Positions 1 to 8,723 of a stretch of DNA of 24,000 bases are shown in pieces. How positions within the stretch are numbered: position 1 is the stretch's first letter; each line of letters starts with the position of its first letter. The stretch spans positions 25,972 through 49,971 of the forward strand of contig JAHQWG010000028.1 of assembly GCA_029856045.1 (NCBI GenBank). The letters run 5' to 3'. The translations under genes and the position numbers were made by a program. The DNA is from Promethearchaeia archaeon (GTDB taxonomy: Archaea; Asgardarchaeota; Lokiarchaeia; Sigyniarchaeales; SOKP01). The notes beneath the pieces were generated by a model. The model was not told the origin of the DNA and did no database searches. It worked only from the letters and a program-made list of their open reading frames with translations.

Positions 1-244
1 AATTTAAATAGAGAAACTTTCACTTTAAATTTAATTAATACCAAAATGTTTTTAAGTGATAAATGGCTGAGCGGGTATTTTAATAAAATTTAAAAATGCG
101 AATGCCTAATAAAATTTGATTAAAAAAAATTTTTATAATATTCAAATAATTACAATTAAAGAAAATAATCAATAAACACATTGAAAAATTAGAAAAATTA
201 AATTTTTTCATTGAGAGAAACATATTAAGCGAAGGAGAATTGTA

Positions 245-1066
245 GTGATTTACAAAATATTAATTGATATTTCTCATAATGAACAAGTAGAGAGCTTCCC
301 AGACGCTTTTAATGAAGATGATTTTATCATTGAGTTTATAAATAAGAATGAGGGACCGCTAACTTATGATATGTTAGAGGATTTTGATCTCTTAATTTTA
401 GGGAATATTCAACACAGTAAGAACAATAAAGATGATAAATTTACTCCTGAAGAATTAAAAGCCATAAAAGAATTTGTTGGAAAGGGAGGAAGTTTATTAG
501 TAACAACCGGAGCTGGAGGAGATAAAGATATGTCAATCAAACAGGGATCTATTAGAGTTCTTTATAAACTAACTGGTGTGAAAAAATACTGGAATGGAGT
601 GATACGATATCCTAAAAGAAATTCTATTATTGATAATGTCAATTTAAAAATTGATACTATATTTCAACATCCCATTACAGACGGTGTTAGTCGATTAATA
701 TTAGGTAATTGTACATTCTTTTCCATTACGGAAGATGCCGAAGATATAATAACAACATCTGAAAATGCATCATTTGAGTATTTTGATCTAAAAGAAATTG
801 ATGAGATTGGACAAGTTCCCATTTGTGTTATTTCTGAATTTTACAATGGACGAGTGGTAACTTTAGGATCATCATCAATTTTCTTCGAAGATGATGAAAT
901 CGGGATAGATATAGCGGATAATCATAAATTTCTGGAAAATACCATTAGATGGCTCTGTTTTGACAAAGAAGAAATAATTGTTGAAGAAGAGGATAAGGAG
1001 GAAGAAGAAGATGAAGATGATGAAGAAGAAGAAGAAGAGGATTTTGAGGAAGATTCTTTTTTTTAA
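245..1066 (+). CDS. GATase1/GldG/IFT52-like domain protein with acidic (poly-Glu/Asp) C-terminal tail
   Basis: ORF with GTG start preceded by 'gaaggag'; pattern DLLILGN...FTPEELKAIKEFVGKGGSLLVTTGAGGD resembles the DUF4350/GldG/IFT52 N-terminal fold; C-terminus is almost entirely E/D. Confidence 0.6.
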   Translation: MIYKILIDISHNEQVESFPDAFNEDDFIIEFINKNEGPLTYDMLEDFDLLILGNIQHSKNNKDDKFTPEELKAIKEFVGKGGSLLVTTGAGGDKDMSIKQGSIRVLYKLTGVKKYWNGVIRYPKRNSIIDNVNLKIDTIFQHPITDGVSRLILGNCTFFSITEDAEDIITTSENASFEYFDLKEIDEIGQVPICVISEFYNGRVVTLGSSSIFFEDDEIGIDIADNHKFLENTIRWLCFDKEEIIVEEEDKEEEEDEDDEEEEEEDFEEDSFF

Positions 1067-1139
1067 ATTAAATTTATTTTAAGAATATTTTATTATTTTT
1101 ATAAAATACTTAACAAAATTATATTTTATTTTTTTTAAA

Positions 1140-2252
1140 ATGATATTTAAATTAAGACGACCTGACGCCGATATAGCTTGGAAAAATCCAGAAATATTTA
1201 AGAGATTCTCAAGATATCATGGAATTATTGATAATACGCAAACTGCAAGATATATTATAGCAAAAACTGTAGAATGTGATTTTAATTCAGATGATTCAAT
1301 AGAAAATCTCGAAAAACTATTAAAACAAAAATCTAAAGAATTTAAAAAAATTTTAAATGAAGATATTAATTCACAAAGGAATCGCAAAATTCAGGAGAAA
1401 TCTTACATACACTTATCTGAAACGATTGCTTATAAATATCTTGAAGATTGTAAATTTTGTGAGAGAAGATGCGGTGTTAATAGAATTCAAGGCGAAAAAG
1501 GATTTTGTCAGCTAGATAAGGATATATTTGTTTCTTCTGCTTTTTTACATTGGGGAGAAGAATCGGTATTAGTGCCGAGTGGAACTATTTTTTTTACTGG
1601 ATGCAATTTTGGATGCGTCTTTTGCCAGAATTATGATATATCTAACGCTTGGAAAGGTCGAAGAAAAATTGAAGATATCGCCCAAAAAGTTGATGGGAAA
1701 AGTTTAGCTGCAATTGCACAAAAATTGGTAGAAAATGGTGGAATTAATGTGAATTGGGTTGGAAGTGATCCTATCCCGTGCCTACATCTCATTCTTGAAT
1801 CACTGCTATATCAGAATATAAACATAACGCAATTATGGAATTCTAATTTTTATTTAACGGAAGAATCTTTGGATTTAATCATAGATTTTATGGATTTTTG
1901 GCTACCTGATTTAAAATATGGAAATAATAAATGTGCAGAAAAATATTCTGGGATAAAGAACTATTGGGAGGTTTTAACAAGGAATCTCAAAAAAATTCAC
2001 GAAGATGGCAGTGGAGAGATTATAATTCGCCATTTGGTTATGCCTAACCATGTTGAATGTTGTTCCAAACCAATTTTAGATTTTATTGCTAAAGAAGTTC
2101 CAAAATCAGTCGTGAATATCATGGGGCAGTTTAGACCAGAATATAAATCTAATCAATATCCCGAAATCAATCGAAGACCAACTTCAAGTGAAATACAACA
2201 AGTTAAAAAATATGCAGATAAGTTAGATATTCTTTATGAACCAGTATCCTAA
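1140..2252 (+). CDS. Radical SAM protein, PflX/pyruvate formate-lyase-activating-enzyme-like (COG1313 type)
   Basis: CxxxCxxC motif in 'TGCNFGCVFCQNYDIS', preceding cysteine cluster 'CKFCERRCGVNRIQGEKGFCQ', and 'LPDLKYGNNKCAEKYSGIKNYW', typical of this family. Confidence 0.85.
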   Translation: MIFKLRRPDADIAWKNPEIFKRFSRYHGIIDNTQTARYIIAKTVECDFNSDDSIENLEKLLKQKSKEFKKILNEDINSQRNRKIQEKSYIHLSETIAYKYLEDCKFCERRCGVNRIQGEKGFCQLDKDIFVSSAFLHWGEESVLVPSGTIFFTGCNFGCVFCQNYDISNAWKGRRKIEDIAQKVDGKSLAAIAQKLVENGGINVNWVGSDPIPCLHLILESLLYQNINITQLWNSNFYLTEESLDLIIDFMDFWLPDLKYGNNKCAEKYSGIKNYWEVLTRNLKKIHEDGSGEIIIRHLVMPNHVECCSKPILDFIAKEVPKSVVNIMGQFRPEYKSNQYPEINRRPTSSEIQQVKKYADKLDILYEPVS

Positions 2253-2443
2253 ATTTTAGTTGAAGAGAATTCAAAAAATTTTAATAATATTTATCAAATG
2301 TGTTTAATCTATTATCTCTTTCGGGATAAATATAACTTAAACCCAAAATTTAAAAAATAATGGAAAATTTTTCTTAGTAACACGTATTTATTTCTTAAAA
2401 CATAGAAAATATTTAAGACATATGTTAATTTGGAGAGATTCCT

Positions 2444-3580
2444 ATGAGCTTTGAATTGAAAGATATTAAAGGGTTAGGTATAAAAAGTGTCGAAAAACTG
2501 AAAGCAGGTGGTATTGAATCTGTTGAAAAATTGGCTCAATTAAGCGTTGAAGAGTTATCTAAAGTCGAAGGAATTGGAAAGAGTAGTGCAAAAAAATATA
2601 TTGAAGGTGCAAAAATTTTATTAAACTCCAGCAAAGAAAAATCTATAAGTGAAACTGAAGAAAAGAATAAAATAGATGAAGAACAAGAATTAATTGCTGA
2701 GAAAGAGAAGGATGCTCAAGAAGAACTAAAAAAATTGGAAAAAAAAAGAGAAAAGCTGAAAGAACAATCTGTTAAAAAAGGTGATTTTGTTCTTGTAAAA
2801 ATGACCGGTCGTACAGATAAGGGACATATATTTCAAGTTAGTAGCCCTGAAGATGCAAAAAAAGCAGGAATTTATGATGAAAAGAAAGATAAACAAGGAT
2901 TTTATACACCAGAATTTGTAATAGTTGGAAAACCTGGATTTGTAATTGATGGTATAAATGAAACTTTAGAAACTATGAAGTTTTTTGAAAAAAGGTCCAT
3001 TAGAATACCTCCAACTAAAGCATTTGGAAAGCGAGAATCTCAAAAAATTGATCGTATGGCAATTCAAAGATTTAAAAAATTAAATGAAGGAAAACCTCCA
3101 GAGCTTGGACAAACGTTTGTGAATAAAAAAGGACAAAGAGGTACTGTCACACGTATTGTTCAAGGACGTGTAATTATTGACTACAACCACCCTCTTGCAG
3201 GTCAGACTCTTGAATATAATTTAGAAGTCATTGATAAAATAGAAGAATTTGATAAAAAATTAGCACGTTTTATTGAATTAAGAATGCCGGGAGCAAAAGC
3301 TGATCAATTCAAAATAAAATTTGAGCCTAAGAAAAAGTCAATTGAAATTGAAATACCTCAAATGCATCAGTTTAGTCAAGGTCTTTTAATGTTTAAATTT
3401 GGATTGTCAATGGATCTACAAAATAACTTAGATGGAATGATTGATATTGTTAAATTTATAGAGGTTTTTGAAAAGCCAAAAATTCCAGAAACCCCTACAC
3501 CTGAGCCAGAACATGATCATAACCATGAACACAACCATGATGACAATAAAAGTGAAGAATCAAATAAAGAAAAGAAATAG
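2444..3580 (+). CDS. FKBP-type peptidyl-prolyl cis-trans isomerase (SlyD-like, archaeal long form) with N-terminal helix-hairpin-helix domain and His-rich C-terminal tail
   Basis: N-term HhH 'IKGLGIKSVEKLKAGGIESVEKLAQLSVEELSKVEGIGKSSAKKY'; FKBP signature 'VLVKMTGRTDKG...KPGFVIDGINETLETMKFFEKRSIRIPPTKAFGKR' and 'NHPLAGQTLEYNLEV'; tail 'EHDHNHEHNHDD'. Confidence 0.88.
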   Translation: MSFELKDIKGLGIKSVEKLKAGGIESVEKLAQLSVEELSKVEGIGKSSAKKYIEGAKILLNSSKEKSISETEEKNKIDEEQELIAEKEKDAQEELKKLEKKREKLKEQSVKKGDFVLVKMTGRTDKGHIFQVSSPEDAKKAGIYDEKKDKQGFYTPEFVIVGKPGFVIDGINETLETMKFFEKRSIRIPPTKAFGKRESQKIDRMAIQRFKKLNEGKPPELGQTFVNKKGQRGTVTRIVQGRVIIDYNHPLAGQTLEYNLEVIDKIEEFDKKLARFIELRMPGAKADQFKIKFEPKKKSIEIEIPQMHQFSQGLLMFKFGLSMDLQNNLDGMIDIVKFIEVFEKPKIPETPTPEPEHDHNHEHNHDDNKSEESNKEKK

Positions 3581-3676
3581 ATTTATTTGGTCATTTAAAC
3601 AATTATTAATAACCTAATTTGTTTTATAAACTCAAAAGATTATATTTATTTTAGAATTATTTTAAGGATATCAGTA

Positions 3677-4528
3677 ATGGGCAAAAGAATAACCTCTTTT
3701 TACTCGAAACATAAAGGAGTTTCAGATACTGCAAAAAAAATCAATCGGATTTGGGAAAAACATATACGAAAGGCATCAAAAGAGATAAGGAGATTATATA
3801 AATCAGCACCGATCAAAGAGGAACGCCAAGAAATTATCGAGGATGTTCACAAGAAGGGTTATAAGGTATTTGATCTTCATATCCATACATATATTAGCGA
3901 TGGTAATGAGAGTCCGCAATCAGTCGTAGATTATGCAATAGATATCGGACTTGATGGAATAGCAATAACAGATCATAATGCAATAAGAGGTGGAAAATTA
4001 GCTCAGCAATACGTAAAAGAGAAAGAGTATAATTTTATGGTGTTTCCTGCAGAAGAGATATCTTCGCGCGAAGGGCACATTGTTGCATATTGGGAGGAAT
4101 TTCCTGAAAAAAAGATTAAAGCGGGTCTTTCTGCTGTCGAAACTTGTAAAAAGATTCATGATATGGGCGGAATAGCAGTAGCTGCTCATCCCTTTGGACC
4201 CCATGGTGTTTCAGACCCGGAATTATTAACCACTCTTTTTGATGCATTGGAGATAAATTCTCGTTCTACAGCAGGTTCAGATTCTTTAGCAAAAGACTTT
4301 GCAGAGGCACAAAAAATTGCCTACACAGGTGGAAGTGATGCACATTTAATTCAATCAATTGGTTGTGGATGCACAATTACTAAAGAACCAGTGATTAAAA
4401 CTTCAGATTTATATGAGTTAATTGTGAAGAATAAAACAGATGTTTTAGTTACACCAATGTGGGTGGAAATAATTACATATCTTGAAGAATTGGCAGAAGA
4501 TTATGAAGAAGGATTAATTCAAGATTAA
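3677..4528 (+). CDS. PHP-domain metal-dependent phosphoesterase with basic helical N-terminal extension
   Basis: 'FDLHIHTYISDGNESPQSVVDYAIDIGLDGIAITDHNAIRGG', 'PAEEISSREGHIVAYW', 'GIAVAAHPFGPHG', 'GGSDAHLIQSIG' are PHP motifs. Confidence 0.88.
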   Translation: MGKRITSFYSKHKGVSDTAKKINRIWEKHIRKASKEIRRLYKSAPIKEERQEIIEDVHKKGYKVFDLHIHTYISDGNESPQSVVDYAIDIGLDGIAITDHNAIRGGKLAQQYVKEKEYNFMVFPAEEISSREGHIVAYWEEFPEKKIKAGLSAVETCKKIHDMGGIAVAAHPFGPHGVSDPELLTTLFDALEINSRSTAGSDSLAKDFAEAQKIAYTGGSDAHLIQSIGCGCTITKEPVIKTSDLYELIVKNKTDVLVTPMWVEIITYLEELAEDYEEGLIQD

Positions 4529-4670
4529 ATTTTTTATTCATTTTAAAAAAATCATTTTATCATTTATCTGGTAGAAATAAAATCGAATATTTAATAAATG
4601 TTAAATAACTGTTTCAATCTTTAAATAAATGATAAATTTAAATAAAGATTTTATCTTATAACTTCATAGA

Positions 4671-5558
4671 ATGCAACAAAAAAGGGTTATACTTAGCGCA
4701 GAGACATCTCATGAAGTTATTAAAATATTCATTGAGCATTTACAAAAACTTGATATTGACTTACAAATTTATAATCCGATTAGTAGCCCCCAAGATTTGG
4801 AAAATAATCAAATTTTCAATTATAAATGCGATTTATTACTAGTTAAAGTTCATAATGATACCTCGATTGACTTTTTACATTATGCAAAACTTCACAATAT
4901 TCCTACATTAAATAATATCGATGCAGTTCTTAATGTTAAAAATAAAGTTTCTTTAGATTATAGCTTGCGTGCTATTTTTAATAAATATAATTTTGAAAAC
5001 ATTCGTTTACCTAAGTCTTGGACATACTACTTTTATAAGATAAAACCCTTTAAAAAATGGATTCAGGAAAAACTTCCTATTGTCATAAAATCTCATTATC
5101 AGCACGAAAAAATGCTACGATTTAATTATTTAATTAGAGATATTAGCGAGATCAAAATGCTTGTTCGAAAGCATATGCTATTTCTTAATTATGATGTCTA
5201 TATACAAGAATTTATAGACTCTGATGGAATTGATAATAAAATTTACGTAATTGGAGATAAAGTATTTGGAATAAAAAGACCGAGCCCAATTTTTATTTAT
5301 AAAAAATACTCAGCTCAATATATTGATACAAAAAAATTAGAACGAGAACAATATGATCCTCCACCAGAATTAATTGAATTAACTCAGATCTTAAGAAAAG
5401 AACTTAAAATGGATTTTTTTGGATTTGATTTACTAAAATCAAATCGAGATGGCAATTATTATATTGTTGATGTAAATGATTTTCCAGGTTATAGAGGTAT
5501 TAAAGGAGCCGGGAAAATAATGGCAGATTATGTAAAAAATTACTTGGAAATTGATTGA
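4671..5558 (+). CDS. ATP-grasp enzyme, RimK / inositol 5/6-kinase (ITPK)-like
   Basis: 'LPIVIKSHYQ', 'YVIGDKVFGIKRPSP', 'LKMDFFGFDLLKSNRDGNYYIVDVNDFPGYRGI' match the ATP-grasp lysine and the Mg-binding D/N segment. Confidence 0.75.
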   Translation: MQQKRVILSAETSHEVIKIFIEHLQKLDIDLQIYNPISSPQDLENNQIFNYKCDLLLVKVHNDTSIDFLHYAKLHNIPTLNNIDAVLNVKNKVSLDYSLRAIFNKYNFENIRLPKSWTYYFYKIKPFKKWIQEKLPIVIKSHYQHEKMLRFNYLIRDISEIKMLVRKHMLFLNYDVYIQEFIDSDGIDNKIYVIGDKVFGIKRPSPIFIYKKYSAQYIDTKKLEREQYDPPPELIELTQILRKELKMDFFGFDLLKSNRDGNYYIVDVNDFPGYRGIKGAGKIMADYVKNYLEID

Positions 5559-5606
5559 ATTCTCTAAAGAAATAGAATATATTCAGCATTATACTTGTTT
5601 GGAAAA

Positions 5607-5918
5607 TTATTCTGACTTTTTCTTTAAGTCAATATATTCTCCATCCATAATGCGGGCTATATAGCGCCGCCCTTTGATAATCCACATAATTTTATGGCCT
5701 TCTCTTGCTTTTTGCCCCCATTGCGATTTCTTTCTGCGATTTTGTTCAATATATCGATAACCAAAAATATCCACATATTTTACGCCGCTACTTGAAAATT
5801 TCTTTATTGGATATTCAATATTTTCGATCTCAACACTCTTTTCTCCTTCAAATATTGCGTTAAATATTTTAAACCCATTTACTTCCAAATTTTTCATTAT
5901 ACCTAAACTCAACTTCAA
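5607..5918 (-). CDS. Small hypothetical basic protein
   Basis: 103-aa ORF on minus strand with non-random composition (KYVDIFGYRYIEQNRRKKSQWGQKAREGHKIMWIIKGRRYIARIMDGEYI); start may be the internal MKNLEVN. Confidence 0.45.
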   Translation of the reverse strand: MKLSLGIMKNLEVNGFKIFNAIFEGEKSVEIENIEYPIKKFSSSGVKYVDIFGYRYIEQNRRKKSQWGQKAREGHKIMWIIKGRRYIARIMDGEYIDLKKKSE

Positions 5919-5979
5919 GTAGATAATATTATTGGATCAAATTTATTTCATATCTTATTGATTTCAAGAATTGTTTTTT

Positions 5980-7656
5980 TCAAATTTTTCCTTTATCTTG
6001 TTTTTCCCAATCAGCATAAGTATCTAATAATGTATCTATTACGCTATCGATATCACTAGTAGCAGAAAATATGAATTTATTTCCTTCCATTTTTCCATCT
6101 AACGAGCTGCTTCCAACTAAATCATAAACAAACAATCTTAATTTTTCAATATCTTTATTCATCTGTTTAGAAAGATATTTCAAATCTATTTCTCCATTTG
6201 TTTTTGCCATTCCTCTTAGAATGTTTTTTAAATCTACCTTTCCCTCTGTTTCTCTAATTGAAGTATAATACTTCTCATCTTTAACTCTTTTCTTCTTAGA
6301 AACCTTCACTACTACATAACCAATCCCAATAACTATACCAAAGATTACCATAACTGTTATGATAAATATGAGTTCTGAAGGAATTCCATCCGAATCAATT
6401 TCACCCCCACCGTCATCCGTACCAATACTAAATTTCAAAAGAAATAAATAACTCCATTCATCATCCTGATCCTGTGTTGTTCCTACGACATAAATGTTAT
6501 CAGAAGAATCAATTGCTACTCCATATCCAGTATCTTTATCACTTTCACCCCATGTTTTATACCACTCTTGATCTCCTGAACTATTATATTTAATTAAAAC
6601 CATGTTATTACCTGGACCAACACCGAAACTACATGATAATCCCACGACATAAACATTGTCAAGAGAATCAACTTTTACTCCATATCCTTCATCGTAATGA
6701 ATTCCGCCCCATGTCTTATTCCATTCATGATTACCTGCATTGTTATATTTTACAAGCAAGATATAATAATCGCCCGTACCAGGAACTCCAGTTGATTCTA
6801 CGACATAAATATTATCAGAAGAATCAACTGCTACTCCGTATCCATATTCATCATTACTTCCGCCCCATGTTTTATTCCACTCTTGTACTCCTAAACTGTT
6901 ATATTTCACAAAAACTACATCACGCTGTTCCTCACCTGTACTCTGGGTATATCCAACAATATAAATGTTATCAGAAGAGTCAATCGCTATTCCCTCCCCT
7001 ATATAAGTATTTACTCCACCACACGTTCTATTCCACTCTTGTATTCCTAAACTATTGTATTTTACAAGAACTATATCAAAACCTCCCACACTGAAACTAC
7101 TTGTAATTCCCACGATATAAATATTATCGGAAGAGTCAACTGCTATTCCGCCACCATACTCATATCCACTTCCACCCCACGTTCTATTCCATTCTTGTAT
7201 TCCTAAACTATTGTATTTTACAAGAACTATATCATAACCTCCCACACCGAAACTACTTGTTCTTCCTACGATATAAATATTATCAGAAGAATCAATTACC
7301 AATTCACATCCCGAATCGTGTTGATTTCCGCCCCATGTACTATTCCACTCTTGTGTTCCTGAACTGTTATATTTCGCAAGAACCATATCCCAATCTCCCA
7401 GCGTCTCGGTTCTTCCAACAACGTAAATATTATCAAAAGAATCAATTGCTACTCCATATCCATAGTCATCGTTACCTCCGTTCCAGGTTTCTTCCCATTC
7501 TAAAACCATTGAATTACTTATAGATGGAATAATTAATGTAGTTATATTACTTGTTTGTAAATAAAAACCAAAATATAAGCTTGGAAATATAATAAAAATC
7601 AAAAATAATGAAAGAGATATGCTCATTATTAAATTCGTAATTTTCTTCTTTAGCAA
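5980..7656 (-). CDS. Membrane-anchored SBBP/Kelch-like beta-propeller repeat protein with C-terminal transmembrane helix and cytosolic winged-helix-like domain
   Basis: N-term hydrophobic signal segment 'IMSISLSLFLIFIIFPSLYFGFYL'; seven or more repeats of 'WNxTWGG...YGxGVAVDSSDNIYVVGxT...DxVLVKYNSxGxQE'; TM 'LIFIITVMVIFGIVIGIGYVVV'; C-term domain shared with the 7802..8335 ORF. Confidence 0.85.
   Translation of the reverse strand: MLKKKITNLIMSISLSLFLIFIIFPSLYFGFYLQTSNITTLIIPSISNSMVLEWEETWNGGNDDYGYGVAIDSFDNIYVVGRTETLGDWDMVLAKYNSSGTQEWNSTWGGNQHDSGCELVIDSSDNIYIVGRTSSFGVGGYDIVLVKYNSLGIQEWNRTWGGSGYEYGGGIAVDSSDNIYIVGITSSFSVGGFDIVLVKYNSLGIQEWNRTCGGVNTYIGEGIAIDSSDNIYIVGYTQSTGEEQRDVVFVKYNSLGVQEWNKTWGGSNDEYGYGVAVDSSDNIYVVESTGVPGTGDYYILLVKYNNAGNHEWNKTWGGIHYDEGYGVKVDSLDNVYVVGLSCSFGVGPGNNMVLIKYNSSGDQEWYKTWGESDKDTGYGVAIDSSDNIYVVGTTQDQDDEWSYLFLLKFSIGTDDGGGEIDSDGIPSELIFIITVMVIFGIVIGIGYVVVKVSKKKRVKDEKYYTSIRETEGKVDLKNILRGMAKTNGEIDLKYLSKQMNKDIEKLRLFVYDLVGSSSLDGKMEGNKFIFSATSDIDSVIDTLLDTYADWEKQDKGKI
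5981..6287 (-). repeat. Copy 1 of about 307-nt dispersed duplication encoding the shared C-terminal domain
   Basis: Direct comparison with 7803..8109 shows high identity (roughly 85-90% by eye), almost without gaps, starting 'caaatttttcctttatcttgtttttcccaatcagcataa'. Confidence 0.85.
6491..7450 (-). repeat. About 50-53 codon (150-159 nt) tandem repeats encoding the beta-propeller blades
   Basis: The motif 'taaat(a/g)ttatc...gaatcaa' (encoding DSSDNIYVVG/I) recurs at about 6491, 6650, 6806, 6962, 7118, 7274 and 7424, spacings 159/156/156/156/156/150. Confidence 0.85.
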
Positions 7657-7801
7657 ATCTCTACCCTTTTACTAACTAATTTAAATATATAAAATATAAT
7701 TTTTAATGTATTTAAGTTTATTACCATCAAATCTACATCTTTACATTTAAGTATAAAAAAAATTATATACATGCAAATAATTGAAAGGAAAATCAATCTA
7801 T

Positions 7802-8335
7802 TCAAATTTTTCCTTTATCTTGTTTTTCCCAATCAGCATAACTGTCTAATAGAGTATCTATTGCGTTTTCGATATCAATAGAATCGGATAATATGAATTT
7901 ATTTCCCTCCATTTTTCCATCTAATGAACTACTTCCAACCAAATCATAAACAAACAACCGTAATTTTTCAATATCTTTATTCATTTGTTTAGAAAGATAT
8001 TTCAAATCGATTTCTCCAGTTGTTTTTACCATTCCTCTTAAGATGTTTTTTAAATCGACCTTTCCCTCAGTGTCTCTAATTGAGGTATAATATTCCTCCT
8101 TTCTAACTCGTACATTTTTTTGGAGCTTACGTTCAATCAGTTCAAATGGTATCATAATTATCAGCAAAAGGATTATATAAGCTATTATGTATGTATACAT
8201 TTGCTGGATAATACTCAAAATTATACAAATAATAAATGTTACACAAATAATTCCCCCTATAGACTCATAAATAACTCTTACAGCTTTCTCCTTTGGGGTA
8301 TAATCCCTAAATTTTACTTTGAAGTCTTTAGACAT
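7802..8335 (-). CDS. Membrane protein (two N-terminal TM helices) with C-terminal winged-helix-like domain, paralogous to the C-terminus of 5980..7656
   Basis: TM segments 'IIGGICVTFIICIILSII' and 'YIIAYIILLLIIMIPFELI'; C-term 'EEYYTSIRDTEGKVDLKNILRGMVKTTGEIDLKYLSKQMNKDIEKLRLFVYDLVGSSSLDGKMEGNKFIL' nearly identical to the neighbouring protein. Confidence 0.75.
   Translation of the reverse strand: MSKDFKVKFRDYTPKEKAVRVIYESIGGIICVTFIICIILSIIQQMYTYIIAYIILLLIIMIPFELIERKLQKNVRVRKEEYYTSIRDTEGKVDLKNILRGMVKTTGEIDLKYLSKQMNKDIEKLRLFVYDLVGSSSLDGKMEGNKFILSDSIDIENAIDTLLDSYADWEKQDKGKI
7803..8109 (-). repeat. Copy 2 of about 307-nt dispersed duplication encoding the shared C-terminal domain
   Basis: See copy 1 at 5981..6287; similarity stops at the junction with the transmembrane regions. 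Confidence 0.85.
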
Positions 8336-8723
8336 GATTTTACCATAGAATTTAATTTATTAAATCTATTAATAATTAATAATGATTTCTCTGTTTTACT
8401 ATATATATTTTGATAGTGTCATGCAAAAATTTTTTTAAGTTCCAATGAGCGAAGATAAGTTAGGAACATTCACATTTAATTGAATATATAATCTCCTTGT
8501 CCTTTTTTCATAAATGTAAAAATAATTTAAATCATAAAAACTCTTAAATTTATCAAATTTAAGATAACTTTTACATTACTAAATAATATTTAATTTTATG
8601 ATTATTATTACTCAATGAGATCATATATTTAAAGAAAAAAGGTGCATGTATTTATTAGATTTGTTTTATTAAATTTATATTGAATTTAATGTAATTTTCA
8701 AAAACATTTACAAACGAGTTCCA

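Noticed and set aside
3998-4204. Minus-strand 68-aa ORF inside the PHP gene
   Set aside because: Antisense to a strongly supported CDS; sequence is low-complexity and lacks any family signature.
6491-7450. CRISPR-like or satellite repeat array
   Set aside because: The 150-159 nt periodicity is in frame within one CDS and encodes divergent propeller blades, with no identical short repeats separated by unique spacers. No CRISPR array seen elsewhere in the window.
6633-7523. Plus-strand ORFs 6633..7094 and 7257..7523 (His/Tyr/Gln-rich)
   Set aside because: Shadow ORFs antisense to the beta-propeller repeats; their periodic composition just mirrors the repeat.
8120-8413. Plus-strand 97-aa ORF
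   Set aside because: Antisense to the 7802..8335 membrane protein and partly intergenic; no recognisable features.
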